Shown: positions 15,648 to 26,520, counted from the stretch's first letter. The stretch is 43,704 nucleotides of DNA from an uncultured Candidatus Peribacteria bacterium (GCA_964359325.1 CAYHSM010000001.1:1-43704); one strand, 5' to 3'. Translations and numbers: made by a program. Notes: generated by a model from the sequence alone, not told the origin.

Positions 15648-16001
15648 TTATTTATTTAAAAAATCATTCAATTCGTTATAAATTGGCACGATCTCAGCAA
15701 TGCCAATGGTAGTGAATACATCTTTAACATGAGAATTAGGGCCTATAATAACCAATTTTCTGTCTCTTTGTACGAGATGCGTATGAATTTCCATCAAATA
15801 ACCTATGCCCTCGCTGTTTATAAATTTCAAATTATTGAAATCAAAAATCAAAGCTTTCAAATTGAAATTTAAAACGATTTTATCAAGCTGTTCTTTTATC
15901 TCGCTATGTCCGGCTTTATCAAATTCCCCATCAAATTTGATTATTTGATAATCTTGGTTTGGTTCAACCTCATTGACTGTGATTTTTAAATTGGTAGGCA
16001 T
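15648..16001 (-). CDS. STAS-domain anti-sigma-factor antagonist-like protein
   Basis: 117 aa with a SpoIIAA/RsbV-like pattern (FDFNNLKFINSEGIGYLM). One nt separates it from the phosphatase gene. Confidence 0.75.
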   Translation of the reverse strand: MPTNLKITVNEVEPNQDYQIIKFDGEFDKAGHSEIKEQLDKIVLNFNLKALIFDFNNLKFINSEGIGYLMEIHTHLVQRDRKLVIIGPNSHVKDVFTTIGIAEIVPIYNELNDFLNK

Positions 16002-16012
16002 ATTTCAAATTG

Positions 16013-18382
16013 TTAAATTTTAAGTAAATTATTTATTGATTCAATCTCTTCATATTCATCTATCAGAGTATAGAGTTTTTTCAATTTATTCAAAGATTTT
16101 ATAGGAAAATTAGCTAAAGAATGATTTTTATTTTCCGTCACGAGGTCTTCAATTTTCCCGGAAACAATTTGCCTTACAATCTTATCAATATTTTTAAAAA
16201 TACGCACGTCAACATTCACAAGCAATCTTTTGAGTTTGCGAACAAATTCTTCGTCATCGGAAAATAGTAAATCGAGTATTGAAGGAATACAATTGTAAAA
16301 ACCCATTTTTGCGAGAGCAAGAGAGCTTTGTAAACGCAAATTGATATCATCGGAATGCAAATATTTTAAACAAAGCTGCTTCTTGTTCTTCAATTTCAAT
16401 TCGCCAATTGCAAACAACCCGTAAACAATTTTTTCTTTCTTGTCGGAATAAAGAAAAGAATTTATTAAATGCATAGCCTCAAATCTGTATTTCCAAAAAT
16501 TAGTTAAAGCCAACGCGGCGTTTATTTGATAAATTGGATTTTTTGAATGCAAATAAGTCTCGAGTACCTGAGCGATTTTCTCGTCATAAGATCCGCCCAA
16601 AGCTCTGATTGCCTCGGCTTTATTCGAGCTGTTTTTTGAATTTAAAATTTTAAACAAAAATTCAACGGTGGAGACATTGCTCAAGAGCGACATCAAATAA
16701 ATTATTTTAGCTAAAATCTCTTTATTCTTCTCAATTGAATAAAGTCTCTTCAAAGCTAAAATCAATCTGTATTTTATAAATAAATATTCCGGAGAAATAT
16801 CTTGTAAAAACTTAAAGGAAGTTAAAGTATCAATAGCTGCTTCGTAAATTTCAGGCTTATCGGAACTCAAGCATTGGATAATTTCCAAGACAATATCAGG
16901 GCTCTTCAACTCGACTAAAACTTTCAAAATTTTAACCCTCAAAGACACGGGCTCATTTTCATCAAGCAACACTTTTTTTAAAGGAGCCAAAGCCGCTTTA
17001 TGACCTCTTTGAGCTAGAATATCAATCGCATTCATCCTTTCAAGTTTTTCTTTAGAATTAAGTAATTCATGAATTGCCACCCGAGTATATTTATCTTGTT
17101 GACGATAAGTGACATAAAAAAAGATAAAAGTGCAAATAAGCATCGCTATATTCAAATAAAAAACCAATTCTTGGTTCACGAAAAATCTTTCCAATAAAAT
17201 TACAATTACAGTACCGATAATCGCTCCGATTGGCCTGATTATACCTTCAAGAAATTCGCGTATTTCTTCCCTGAAATCTTCTTTTAACGCGTAATAGGAA
17301 ATGTGATAAGTGTTTGTATGAATGACAGAAGTCATTGTGAAATTATTCTTCGCCAAAACAGCAGTTAAAAAATCGAATCTGACAATTAAACCAAAAAGAC
17401 TGAGTAACGTGACGATAGGATGTATCAACATTGCTCCAACCACACCAAGATGAGTTATAAGCCTGCTTCCCAAAAATATCTCTATAACCAATGCTGAAAA
17501 ACTAAATAAACTAAATAAAAGTCCCAAGTCGTGAACAAAAGCATGCTCAAAACCACTTCCGGCCTCAAAAATAACCCCGGAAACATTTTGATAAACAGCT
17601 TTAAGATATTGAAATTCCAATAGATTAAAAATCATCCATTGTAAAAGAACAATCCAGATAAGGCCCATGATATATGGAGTGTATGCTTTATTTTTGAAAG
17701 CGCAGCTTACTTTTCCGAAAATATTTGTAGATTCTTGATGACGATGTTCATGGGACAAAAATCCCTTCTCCTCAGTTTCGTTTTTATGAAACATAATAAA
17801 AGGAATCATCAAGAAAAGAATACTGATAAGTAAATATATAAAATTGGAAAGCGCAAAAACATCAGCCAAAAGAGTAATAGCAAGGCCCGCGATTATTCCT
17901 CCAAGAGTCTCGGCAACTTCAATAATCGGAAAAGTTCTTTCACTTGCGAGCGGAGTAAACATCTCTTCGACATAAGCAATCAAAATAATCCTTAACTGAT
18001 TTAAAAATATGGAAATCGACACAATCAGAAGAGCAAAAAACAACATTTGATTGATTCCAGCCAATCTAACCGAGAGAAAAAGAAGTATACCGGCAATAAA
18101 AATAGTGCCGATCATAATTGCACGCCTGCTATAACGTTCAAAAAACAGCGAATACAAAAAACTCCCGATCATGGAAAAAACCGCATTTATAACAAAAAGA
18201 TAAGGCAAAGAAAGAATCCCGTATCTGCTAACGAATAAAGCCACAAGAACAGTCCAACCTATTACAAAAGCGGTACGGTAAAAAAATCGGATTATTAAAG
18301 AAAACAGCACGTTTGACCACTCGCTTCCGCGGACATTGAATACTTTGTTCAAAATCGATAATTGTCTTATTGCCTGTATCAT
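16013..18382 (-). CDS. Polytopic MFS/nucleotide-transporter-like membrane domain fused to a C-terminal HEAT-repeat domain
   Basis: 789 aa. The first ~430 aa hold ~11-12 TM helices. The C-terminal ~350 aa hold repeated helical units (ALAPLKKVLLDENEPVSLRVKILKVLVEL etc.) typical of HEAT/PBS-lyase repeats. Confidence 0.55.
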   Translation of the reverse strand: MIQAIRQLSILNKVFNVRGSEWSNVLFSLIIRFFYRTAFVIGWTVLVALFVSRYGILSLPYLFVINAVFSMIGSFLYSLFFERYSRRAIMIGTIFIAGILLFLSVRLAGINQMLFFALLIVSISIFLNQLRIILIAYVEEMFTPLASERTFPIIEVAETLGGIIAGLAITLLADVFALSNFIYLLISILFLMIPFIMFHKNETEEKGFLSHEHRHQESTNIFGKVSCAFKNKAYTPYIMGLIWIVLLQWMIFNLLEFQYLKAVYQNVSGVIFEAGSGFEHAFVHDLGLLFSLFSFSALVIEIFLGSRLITHLGVVGAMLIHPIVTLLSLFGLIVRFDFLTAVLAKNNFTMTSVIHTNTYHISYYALKEDFREEIREFLEGIIRPIGAIIGTVIVILLERFFVNQELVFYLNIAMLICTFIFFYVTYRQQDKYTRVAIHELLNSKEKLERMNAIDILAQRGHKAALAPLKKVLLDENEPVSLRVKILKVLVELKSPDIVLEIIQCLSSDKPEIYEAAIDTLTSFKFLQDISPEYLFIKYRLILALKRLYSIEKNKEILAKIIYLMSLLSNVSTVEFLFKILNSKNSSNKAEAIRALGGSYDEKIAQVLETYLHSKNPIYQINAALALTNFWKYRFEAMHLINSFLYSDKKEKIVYGLFAIGELKLKNKKQLCLKYLHSDDINLRLQSSLALAKMGFYNCIPSILDLLFSDDEEFVRKLKRLLVNVDVRIFKNIDKIVRQIVSGKIEDLVTENKNHSLANFPIKSLNKLKKLYTLIDEYEEIESINNLLKI

Positions 18383-18480
18383 GAATTAAGGTATAAATAT
18401 TCATATAATTATACAATAAAAAAAGCCGATCAGCAAGGATAGAAGAGCGCATGAGTCAAAAATGATGTAATATATCAACA

Positions 18481-20046
18481 ATGTTCGCGAAATTTTTCAA
18501 ACCTATAAAAATAGGAGGAGCAACCGCTTTAATCGTAATAACTTCATTTGCAAGTTATGCCTTGGGGCTATTAAGGGACAGGATTATTGCTGTGCATTTT
18601 GGAACCAGCACTGCCACAGATACATATAATGCGTCCTTTCTGATACCTGACAGCCTATTTAATCTTTTTATAGCGGGAGCATTGGCAGCCGCCTTTATGC
18701 CTATATTCTCGGAATATTTGGTAAAGGATAAAGCGGAGGCGCATAAGATAGCTAACACAATGCTGACAACAGCGGTTTTGGCAATTGGAATGTTGGCTGC
18801 GATTTCATTTATTTTTATGCGCCAAATCATAGATTTCAGCTTTCCTGAAGCCACTTTGGCAATGCAAAACGATATAGTAAATATGACCAGACTAATGTTG
18901 GTCTCGGCTATTCTTTTTGCCATCTCAAACACTCTTGGGAATATTTTGATGACTTATAAACATTTTTTTTCTTATGCACTTTCTCCAATTCTATATAATC
19001 TTGGAATTATTTTGGGAGTCATATTCTTACAAGAAAAATTTGGAATATATTCAGCGGCCGTGGGAGTACTGATCGGAGGAAGTTTGCACTGTTTGATAAG
19101 AATCATTGATATAAAATTCACGGAATACAAATATAAACCGGAAATGGCAGTCACGCATCCCGGTTTCAAAAAAATAATAAAATTAATGATACCGAGAACC
19201 ATCAATCAATTGGCAATGCAGGTGAATTTATATCTTTTCACTTTAATTGGAATGAAATTAACTGAAGGAGCTGTCGCAGCGTTTAATTTCGCACGAAATA
19301 TACAAAGCTTCGCTGTAAGTTTATTTGGAATATCTTTTGCAACAGCGGTTTTCCCGTATCTTACAAGTTCAATCAGCAATGGAGATAAAATCAGTTATAC
19401 GGAACAGGTTCAAAAAACCATTCAAAGAATTCTTTTTTTCACTATACCGTCCGCAGCCGGAGTTATGTTGTTATCCAAGCCATTGGTCGAATTAATTCTG
19501 AGTGGGGGAATGTTTGATAGTAAATCCGTGGAATTAACATCACTTATCCTTTTCTTCTTCGCTATTTCAATCCCTTTTGAAAGTCTGTCTCACATTACAT
19601 CAAGAGCGTTCTATGCGGTAAAAGACACATTAACTCCAATGTACGCATATATAGTTTCAATGGTAATAATTGGATTTTGTACGATTTATGTGGCTCCAAA
19701 ATACGGCATTGAGTGGTTTTCCATAGGATTTTCCATAGGATTTATTGTATTCGTTACACTCACGCTTATACTGCTAAAAAAACATCTCGAAAATTTCAAT
19801 TTTAAAAACCTTTTCCTAAGTATAGGTAAAACCATTATCTCAACAGGCTTAATGGTAATAATTGTTATTGTCAGTCAACCTCTCGAAAATATCTTGGGAA
19901 TAAAAATTGCCAGTGTTATGAGAATTATTATCGGAGCTGCAAGCTTTTTTATTGTGGCATATCTCTTGAAATCTTCGGAAATTTCCAATGTAAATTACGT
20001 AATAAGAAGATTGTTTAAAAAACCTATAGATGAACCAAAAATTTAA
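18481..20046 (+). CDS. murJ: Lipid II flippase MurJ/MviN
   Basis: 521 aa, ~14 TM, with an N-terminal LGLLRDRIIAVHFGTSTATDTYNASF pattern. Confidence 0.85.
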   Translation: MFAKFFKPIKIGGATALIVITSFASYALGLLRDRIIAVHFGTSTATDTYNASFLIPDSLFNLFIAGALAAAFMPIFSEYLVKDKAEAHKIANTMLTTAVLAIGMLAAISFIFMRQIIDFSFPEATLAMQNDIVNMTRLMLVSAILFAISNTLGNILMTYKHFFSYALSPILYNLGIILGVIFLQEKFGIYSAAVGVLIGGSLHCLIRIIDIKFTEYKYKPEMAVTHPGFKKIIKLMIPRTINQLAMQVNLYLFTLIGMKLTEGAVAAFNFARNIQSFAVSLFGISFATAVFPYLTSSISNGDKISYTEQVQKTIQRILFFTIPSAAGVMLLSKPLVELILSGGMFDSKSVELTSLILFFFAISIPFESLSHITSRAFYAVKDTLTPMYAYIVSMVIIGFCTIYVAPKYGIEWFSIGFSIGFIVFVTLTLILLKKHLENFNFKNLFLSIGKTIISTGLMVIIVIVSQPLENILGIKIASVMRIIIGAASFFIVAYLLKSSEISNVNYVIRRLFKKPIDEPKI

Positions 20047-20785
20047 ACTTGGTCTGATAATTGTATTTCTTCTGGTCATTATTGTGGAAGGAATAATGCT
20101 GTATCCGAAAATAAAAGATTATTTTTATCGTGAAGAAATAGATAAAATAAACAGTTCGACAATATCGGAAATAAAAGAAGAAAACATTGTCACGAAAAAG
20201 ACCCAAACCACAGAGACTCCAAAAAAAGCTTATTTGAAAGTTCCTTTCATCACTCAAGCGCCACTCGAAACCGAAGCAAACTGGAAATTGCACGAAGAAA
20301 GTTGTGAGGAAGCAGCCTTGCTTCAGGCTTATTTATACGAAACCGGACAAACAATAACAAAACAACAAGCTAATGAAAAAATCCTCGACATGATCGACTG
20401 GCAAAAGAAGAATCTCGGGAGTCATCATGACATATACGCAAAAGAAATGAAAAAATTTATTATGGGTTATTACAATTTAAAAGATTCTGAAATAAAAATT
20501 ATATTTGATGCGTCAATTGACGATATTAAAAAAGAAATTTCTTCCGGACATCCGGTTATTGTTCCAATTATGGGAGACATTCTCAAAAATCCATATTATC
20601 CATACCCCGGATATCACATGCTTGCAGCTATCGGTTACACTGAGGATCGCATAATCACAAACGACAATGGAACGCGCAGAGGAGCGGATTTTACATACGA
20701 TATGAAAATTTTCAAAACTGCAATGGATGGCGCTGGCGGAGATATTTTAATTTTGAACCTCGATCAGACCTCTAATAAAAATTAA
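20030..20785 (+). CDS. Membrane-anchored peptidase C39-like domain protein
   Basis: 251 aa with an N-terminal TM, then VPFITQAP...ESCEEAALLQA (catalytic Cys context) and GYHMLAAIGY (His context). Overlaps the murJ end by 17 nt. Confidence 0.55.
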   Translation: MNQKFKLGLIIVFLLVIIVEGIMLYPKIKDYFYREEIDKINSSTISEIKEENIVTKKTQTTETPKKAYLKVPFITQAPLETEANWKLHEESCEEAALLQAYLYETGQTITKQQANEKILDMIDWQKKNLGSHHDIYAKEMKKFIMGYYNLKDSEIKIIFDASIDDIKKEISSGHPVIVPIMGDILKNPYYPYPGYHMLAAIGYTEDRIITNDNGTRRGADFTYDMKIFKTAMDGAGGDILILNLDQTSNKN

Positions 20786-21914
20786 TAACACCTTCTAATC
20801 TTAAATCATCCCCTAATCTATCAACCGTAAAATCTTTTAGATTTACCGCTTTGGATAATTTTTCAATACCGGTACCCCCAATAACAGAAATAGAATCACG
20901 TCCACCAATCAATTTCGGAGCTATATAAAACAATACCCTGTCCAACAAAGAGCGATCTTTTACAGCCGCATCATGAAAAGCTCCATTGACTCCGCTGCCT
21001 CCTTCTACAAAAACACTCTGAACGCCTCTGGTTCCCAGGTATCTCAGTAATTTTTTTATGGAAACATCATCTTTGCCAAAAGAGCGAAATTCAATCCCGG
21101 CATTCTTAAACCGTTTTTTATTTGCAGTTAAAGCTAAATCAGTACACGCTACAAAAACATTTTTATCTCTAAAAATTTTTGAGTCCTGATTCAAAGATAA
21201 TTTTTTATCAATAATTACACGCAAAAATTTTTTATTCTTATATTTTTCACAGGTAGCCAACTCCGGATTATCAGACTTAACAGTACCACAGCCCACCAAC
21301 ACTGCATCACATTTGCTACGCTCCAATCTTGCATCCCTTCTGGCTATCTCACCTGTAATCCAGCGAGATTCTTTCGTACTTGTGGCAATTTTGCCATCCA
21401 AAGTCATTCCGGACTTCATTATTACGTAAGGCATGCCGGTTTCCGCCCATTTTATAAAAGGTTGATTTAAATCATGAATATCAGCCTCTAATTTAGAACC
21501 AGGACGGCAAATCTCAACATCGACGCCATGTTGCTTTAAATATTTAATCCCGCGACCATTTACCTTTTTAAAAGGATCTTTCATCCCAATATAAACTTTA
21601 TTAAATTCTGCAGCCGTAACAGCGGAAGCGCACGGTGGAGTTTTCCCATTATGAGAACAAGGCTCCAAAGTTACATACAAAATAGCATTATGAAAAAGTG
21701 AAGGCTCAAGATCTACAGTAACAATGCCTGATTTCTTCATCATCTGCTTAAGAACAATTATTTCAGCATGATCTTCACCGGCTTTTTTATGCCATCCTTC
21801 AGCCACAATCTCTCCGCCTTTTACAATCACAGCTCCAACACAAGGATTTGGAGAAGTCAAACCGATCCCTTGCTTGGCAAGATCAATAGCCCGCCTCATA
21901 AATATTTCTTGCAT
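20772..21914 (-). CDS. ribD: Bifunctional diaminohydroxyphosphoribosylaminopyrimidine deaminase / 5-amino-6-(5-phosphoribosylamino)uracil reductase
   Basis: 380 aa with deaminase HAEI and PCSHNGKTPPC motifs plus a C-terminal reductase domain. Confidence 0.9.
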   Translation of the reverse strand: MQEIFMRRAIDLAKQGIGLTSPNPCVGAVIVKGGEIVAEGWHKKAGEDHAEIIVLKQMMKKSGIVTVDLEPSLFHNAILYVTLEPCSHNGKTPPCASAVTAAEFNKVYIGMKDPFKKVNGRGIKYLKQHGVDVEICRPGSKLEADIHDLNQPFIKWAETGMPYVIMKSGMTLDGKIATSTKESRWITGEIARRDARLERSKCDAVLVGCGTVKSDNPELATCEKYKNKKFLRVIIDKKLSLNQDSKIFRDKNVFVACTDLALTANKKRFKNAGIEFRSFGKDDVSIKKLLRYLGTRGVQSVFVEGGSGVNGAFHDAAVKDRSLLDRVLFYIAPKLIGGRDSISVIGGTGIEKLSKAVNLKDFTVDRLGDDLRLEGVINFY

Positions 21915-22005
21915 AATTCTGTTTTATAATCAGATCACATTAATACCACAAAAAATAAAACGGGTCAATATCAGAATTACCCGCTTACTAATACCAAGAT
22001 TAGCT

Positions 22006-23211
22006 CTAAACCATATCCAGAAGATGCCCCATTTTCTCTTTTTTTGTTTTCAAATAATGACGATTGCTTTCATTGGGAGGAATCTCTATGGGAACTCTTT
22101 TCACAATATTCAAACCATAACCCTCCAAACCAACAATTTTTTTAGGATTATTAGTCATTAATAAGATATTTTTAAGTCCCAAATCAGCCAAAATCTGCGC
22201 GCCTATTCCGTAATTGCGCAAATCTGGCGCAAATCCCAATTTTTTATTCGCTTCAACCGTGTCATAACCTTCATTTTGGAGCTTATAAGCCTTTATTTTA
22301 TTAACCAAACCGATTCCGCGACCCTCTTGTCTCATATAAAGTACAACCCCTTTACCGGAATTTGAAATTTTTTCAAGAGCGCTATCAAGTTGAATACGGC
22401 AATCGCATTTTAAAGAACGAAAAACTTCACCGGTGATACATTCGCTTTGCACCCTGACCAAAACCTCTTCACCATCAGTCCATTTTCCTTTTGTAAGCAC
22501 GATATGTTCGACATTACCTATAGTGGTTTTATAAACCTTCATCTCAAAATCGCCATAATCCGTAGGTAAAACCGTTTCAGCCACCATCTTAATCAATTTT
22601 TCATTACGATGGCGATATTCGATCAAATCCTTAATTGTAATTATTGGTAAAGAATGCTTCTTAGCAAATTCAAGGAGCTCATCTCTCCTCATCATTTCAC
22701 CGTCGTCACGCGCAATCTCACAAATAACAGCAGCAAGGGCACTCTCAGCCAATTTAACCAAATCAACAGCCGCTTCCGTATGTCCGGCTCTAACCAAAAC
22801 TCCTCCTTTTTTAGCTATCAAAGGAAAAATATGGCCGGGTCTTACAAAATCATCAGGAGAAGATTTTTGAAACGCTATGGCATTAATAGTTTTAGCCCTG
22901 TCTGAAGCGGAAATCCCGGTTGTTGTGTCAAATTTATAATCAACCGAAACCGTAAAATTACATCTGTTTGATTCGGAATTTTCATAAACCATTGGATCAA
23001 AATTGAGTCTTCCGGCAATATCAATATCAACAGGTACGCAAATAAGCCCGCGCCCTTCCTTTGCCATGAAATTTACATCACGAGAAGTAATTTTTTCAGC
23101 AGCCATAACCAAATCGCCCTCGTTTTCACGATCTTCATCATCCAGAACGACAATCATTTTACCGTTCTTTATCGCATCTATTGCAACCTCTATTTTGCTG
23201 AACTGTGTCAT
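22006..23211 (-). CDS. ribBA: Bifunctional 3,4-dihydroxy-2-butanone-4-phosphate synthase / GTP cyclohydrolase II
   Basis: [19 protein letters not shown] and the GTP cyclohydrolase II Cys cluster ([14 protein letters not shown]). I chose the ATG at 23211 (MTQFSK...). The ORF-track start at 23226 would overlap the tsf stop. Confidence 0.88.
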   Translation of the reverse strand: MTQFSKIEVAIDAIKNGKMIVVLDDEDRENEGDLVMAAEKITSRDVNFMAKEGRGLICVPVDIDIAGRLNFDPMVYENSESNRCNFTVSVDYKFDTTTGISASDRAKTINAIAFQKSSPDDFVRPGHIFPLIAKKGGVLVRAGHTEAAVDLVKLAESALAAVICEIARDDGEMMRRDELLEFAKKHSLPIITIKDLIEYRHRNEKLIKMVAETVLPTDYGDFEMKVYKTTIGNVEHIVLTKGKWTDGEEVLVRVQSECITGEVFRSLKCDCRIQLDSALEKISNSGKGVVLYMRQEGRGIGLVNKIKAYKLQNEGYDTVEANKKLGFAPDLRNYGIGAQILADLGLKNILLMTNNPKKIVGLEGYGLNIVKRVPIEIPPNESNRHYLKTKKEKMGHLLDMV

Positions 23212-23215
23212 ATAT

Positions 23216-23989
23216 CTAAAACCCAAATCTTACAAATTCTTTAACAGTAGCGCTTTCAGCCTTTAACAAATCTTCAATAATTTTTTCTGAATCTTTTACA
23301 AAAGCCTGTTTAAGCAAAGCATTTTCCTCTCTGAATTTTTTCTCTTTGCCAAGCATGATTTTATCGATCATCTCTGCCGGTTTGCCCTCATTTTTAAGCT
23401 GTTCGGACCAAATGGATTTTTCTCTATCAATAAGAGCTTGTTCAACTTGTTCAGGAGAAAGAACTCTTGGATTAGTGGCAGCCACATGCATGGCAATATC
23501 TCTGGCCAATTCTTTTGTGCCGCCCTCCAAAGAAACCAAAACTCCGATTTTTTTATTTGAATGGACGTAATCTCCGATATTTCCACCTTCCACAAGGCAC
23601 ATATTTCCAATTTGAACATTCTCGCCGAGTTTGAGCATGGCATCTTTAACTTCCGGAATATCTCGATCCGAAACTTTAATTTCTCCCTTCAAAAGTTTAT
23701 CAGCCAACTTTGAAACCAAAGCCAAAAAATCTTCACCTCTGGCCACAAAATCGGTTTCGCACTGGAGTTGCACCATCGCAGTCTTTTTCCCATCGGACTT
23801 CACAACTACAGCTCCCTGAGCGGTTGATCTGGCAGCCCTATCGGCAGATTTGGCCTCGCCTTTTTTACGTAACAAATCTATAGCTTTTTCTGCATCACCG
23901 TTGGTTTCTTCCAAAGCGGTTTTACAAGCCATCATTGAAACACCGGTAGTTTCACGCAATTCTTTAATTTGATCAATGGAAACAGTCAT
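23216..23989 (-). CDS. tsf: Translation elongation factor Ts
   Basis: 257 aa with an N-terminal UBA-like [37 protein letters not shown]. Confidence 0.9.
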   Translation of the reverse strand: MTVSIDQIKELRETTGVSMMACKTALEETNGDAEKAIDLLRKKGEAKSADRAARSTAQGAVVVKSDGKKTAMVQLQCETDFVARGEDFLALVSKLADKLLKGEIKVSDRDIPEVKDAMLKLGENVQIGNMCLVEGGNIGDYVHSNKKIGVLVSLEGGTKELARDIAMHVAATNPRVLSPEQVEQALIDREKSIWSEQLKNEGKPAEMIDKIMLGKEKKFREENALLKQAFVKDSEKIIEDLLKAESATVKEFVRFGF

Positions 23990-24013
23990 ATTTTTTTATT
24001 TAAAATGTAATTT

Positions 24014-24424
24014 TTAAGATTTTGGAGCGTCCGGCTTCTTGCCGGTAAGTAAAGAATATAGATACGTTTCAGGAATTTTCATAGCATAACTCGCAATAAC
24101 AGGTATTTCAGTTATTTTCATATTAAAAGCCGCAACCATACCTACTCCATGCAAAAGTAAAACTACTCCCCAAAGCATCAAGCTGATAACGGGAAAAAAT
24201 GGGGCAACAACAATAGTAAAAAACCACAAAACAAATAATCCCAGTCCCTGTCTCGCGTGAAATAAACAAAATTTACTGTTAACCATTCTGACAGAAGTCA
24301 AAACGCACGTAATAATATTAAAAACCGGAATATAACAACTCATTGCCCATCTCTTTTCTCCTGTAATAGTGGACAATTTCCCGGTTATATTCTCTATAGG
24401 ATTTTGATTAGGACTATCAGGCAT
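24014..24424 (-). CDS. Small polytopic membrane protein (DUF4870-like)
   Basis: 136 aa, 3-4 TM, with an FHARQGLGL motif. Its start overlaps the rpsB stop as TAATG, implying translational coupling. Confidence 0.5.
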   Translation of the reverse strand: MPDSPNQNPIENITGKLSTITGEKRWAMSCYIPVFNIITCVLTSVRMVNSKFCLFHARQGLGLFVLWFFTIVVAPFFPVISLMLWGVVLLLHGVGMVAAFNMKITEIPVIASYAMKIPETYLYSLLTGKKPDAPKS

Positions 24425-25113
24425 TATTGCTTGGCTTTACCGGAGATTTGAAATACCTCCTTAATTTTCTCTATGAAATAAGTCAAAGATTTAAGAGCGT
24501 CATCATTCCCGGGAATGGGATAATCGACAATAGTCGGATCCGCATTCGTATCAACTATTCCAACAACGGGAATCTTAAGCCGTCTGGCCTCTTTTACGAC
24601 TATACGATCACGTAAAGCATCAAGCACAAAAAGAACATCAGGTCGTGATGTTAAATTTTGCACACCACCTAATGAAAGCTGAAGCTTCTCAATGATTTTC
24701 TTCAATTTGGAAATTTCTTTTTTGGTATATTTATCAAATTCACCGGTCTCTTCCTGGTGTCTCAAGTCGGATAAATACTTTATTCTGGTTTTAATAGTGG
24801 AAAAATTTGTAATAAGGCCCGGAATCCATTTGGAAACAACATAAGGCATTCTGCATTCCTTTGCTGCTTCTTCCAATAATTTAACAGATTGAGGTTTAGT
24901 ACTGACAAAAAGAACATTTTTACCTTCCACCACGCATTTGGACAAAAAAGCCAAAGCTTTTTCAAGATATTCATAGGTCTTTTCCAGATTGATAATATGG
25001 ATTCCATTTCGCTCACCATAAATAAACTTCTTCATGCGAGGATTCCATTTTTGCGTGCGATGGCCGATATGCACCGCACAATCAAACATTTTTTTGATTT
25101 CATCTGTGTTCAT
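24424..25113 (-). CDS. rpsB: 30S ribosomal protein S2
   Basis: 229 aa with HIGHRTQKWNPRMKKFIYGERNGIHIINL. Confidence 0.93.
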   Translation of the reverse strand: MNTDEIKKMFDCAVHIGHRTQKWNPRMKKFIYGERNGIHIINLEKTYEYLEKALAFLSKCVVEGKNVLFVSTKPQSVKLLEEAAKECRMPYVVSKWIPGLITNFSTIKTRIKYLSDLRHQEETGEFDKYTKKEISKLKKIIEKLQLSLGGVQNLTSRPDVLFVLDALRDRIVVKEARRLKIPVVGIVDTNADPTIVDYPIPGNDDALKSLTYFIEKIKEVFQISGKAKQ

Positions 25114-25271
25114 AATCCTTGTGGTTTACGCCTATCTTTCATTAATTTGTGTCATAGCCCCGCTAAGCGGGGAGGATTTCACAAGTTGAAAGAGAGACTT
25201 GATATAAAAATTTAACAGCGCTAATCTAATGAAAAGAACAACTAAAAGCAAGCTAAAAACTTGATAAGCCA

Positions 25272-25514
25272 ATGAATAAACTAACAGTTTTACGCAGAAA
25301 AATAGATAAAATTGACGAAAAAATCGCTAACCTGCTACGTAAAAGAGCGGAAAAAGTAATCGAAATCAAAAAATTAAAAAAAAGCAAAAAACTCCCAGTA
25401 ACAGATTACAATCGTGAAAGAGAAATATTGGATAAACTTGAGAATGATTACGAAAAAGCTATATTCAAAAAAATACTGCTGGAATCTCGCAAAATTCAAA
25501 AAAAAGATCGCTAA
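25272..25514 (+). CDS. Chorismate mutase (AroQ-type, monofunctional)
   Basis: 80 aa with LRRKIDKIDEKIANLLRKRAEKVIEIKKLK...DYNREREIL, the classic AroQ helix pattern. Confidence 0.7.
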   Translation: MNKLTVLRRKIDKIDEKIANLLRKRAEKVIEIKKLKKSKKLPVTDYNREREILDKLENDYEKAIFKKILLESRKIQKKDR

Positions 25515-25568
25515 GCATTGTAAGTAAAGCCGTTTTTTGGTATAATTACTAAAGGTAAAAAAACAAAA

Positions 25569-26096
25569 ATGGAACAAAATCCAACAAACCCGGAACAAAC
25601 AAAAATCACAATCACTTTGCCTACAAACGCATATTTTATGTCAGGCATCAGGGATTTCACTTTGAACATGATCAAAACAACTACCAATTTTCCGGAAAGA
25701 TGGGCTTTTAGGTTTCAGTCAGTAGTGGATGAATTGTGTAATAATGCTATCGAGTACGGATCTAAACCAGGCAGTGAGATAAAAATCACTTTCATATATT
25801 CAAAAGACGATTATCTTGAAATAACTGTAGAAGATACGGGAACTGGTAAAAACAAAATAAACGCTAAAGAATTACAAAAAATATATGAGAACAAAAAAGA
25901 GCCCGGTTATGTTTTTTCCGTCCTAAGGGGCCGAGGATTGGTGAAAATAGTAGGGGAATGGAGCGATGAAATTAAATTTGTTGACCGTAGTGAAGGAGGT
26001 CTTGCTGTAACTGTACGCAAATATTTAAAAGATGCCAGACAAGCTCAACCTTCACCTGTTAATAAAACAGAAAATACTTTAATTCTTAATCAATAA
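25569..26096 (+). CDS. RsbW/SpoIIAB-like anti-sigma serine kinase (HATPase_c_2)
   Basis: 175 aa with N-box ELCNNAIEYG, G1 VEDTGTG and G2 GRGL. Confidence 0.75.
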   Translation: MEQNPTNPEQTKITITLPTNAYFMSGIRDFTLNMIKTTTNFPERWAFRFQSVVDELCNNAIEYGSKPGSEIKITFIYSKDDYLEITVEDTGTGKNKINAKELQKIYENKKEPGYVFSVLRGRGLVKIVGEWSDEIKFVDRSEGGLAVTVRKYLKDARQAQPSPVNKTENTLILNQ

Positions 26097-26100
26097 AAAA

Positions 26101-26520
26101 ATGACTGAAGCAAATATAACAATTGAAGACATCCAGGTAGCTAATAAAACAGTAAAGGTAGTTCATATTTCCGGACAATTGGATGAAAGCAATGTTGATG
26201 AAAAAATACAAGAAATTTATAAATTAGTGGAAGCCGGTCCAAAAGGGCTTTGTTTAATATTTGATTTGGAAAATCTGGATTATATGAACAGCAAATCAAT
26301 TGGTTATTTGACAGATCTATACGGCAAAACAACGGAAGCCGGCGGTCAAATTGCCATTGCTAAACCAAAAGCAAACATTGCAGATATCTTACAAGTGGTA
26401 GGTTTAACGCAATTGATAAAAATTTTCGGGGATATTGATAGCGCAAAAAATTACATAGCCGCGAGTGGCACAACTACTGCTGCAAGTTCGACAAATCCTA
26501 CGCCACCGCAAACAACATAA
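26101..26520 (+). CDS. STAS-domain anti-anti-sigma-like protein with a T/A/P-rich tail
   Basis: 139 aa with HISGQLDESNV...LDYMNSKSIGYL (phosphorylatable Ser context). Sits 4 nt after the kinase gene. Confidence 0.75.
   Translation: MTEANITIEDIQVANKTVKVVHISGQLDESNVDEKIQEIYKLVEAGPKGLCLIFDLENLDYMNSKSIGYLTDLYGKTTEAGGQIAIAKPKANIADILQVVGLTQLIKIFGDIDSAKNYIAASGTTTAASSTNPTPPQTT

Noticed and set aside
21915-22005. FMN riboswitch expected upstream of the riboflavin genes
   Set aside because: The spacer is only 91 nt and contains just a small hairpin plus a T-run, and ribBA starts 4 nt after tsf. No FMN-element core sequences were recognisable by eye.
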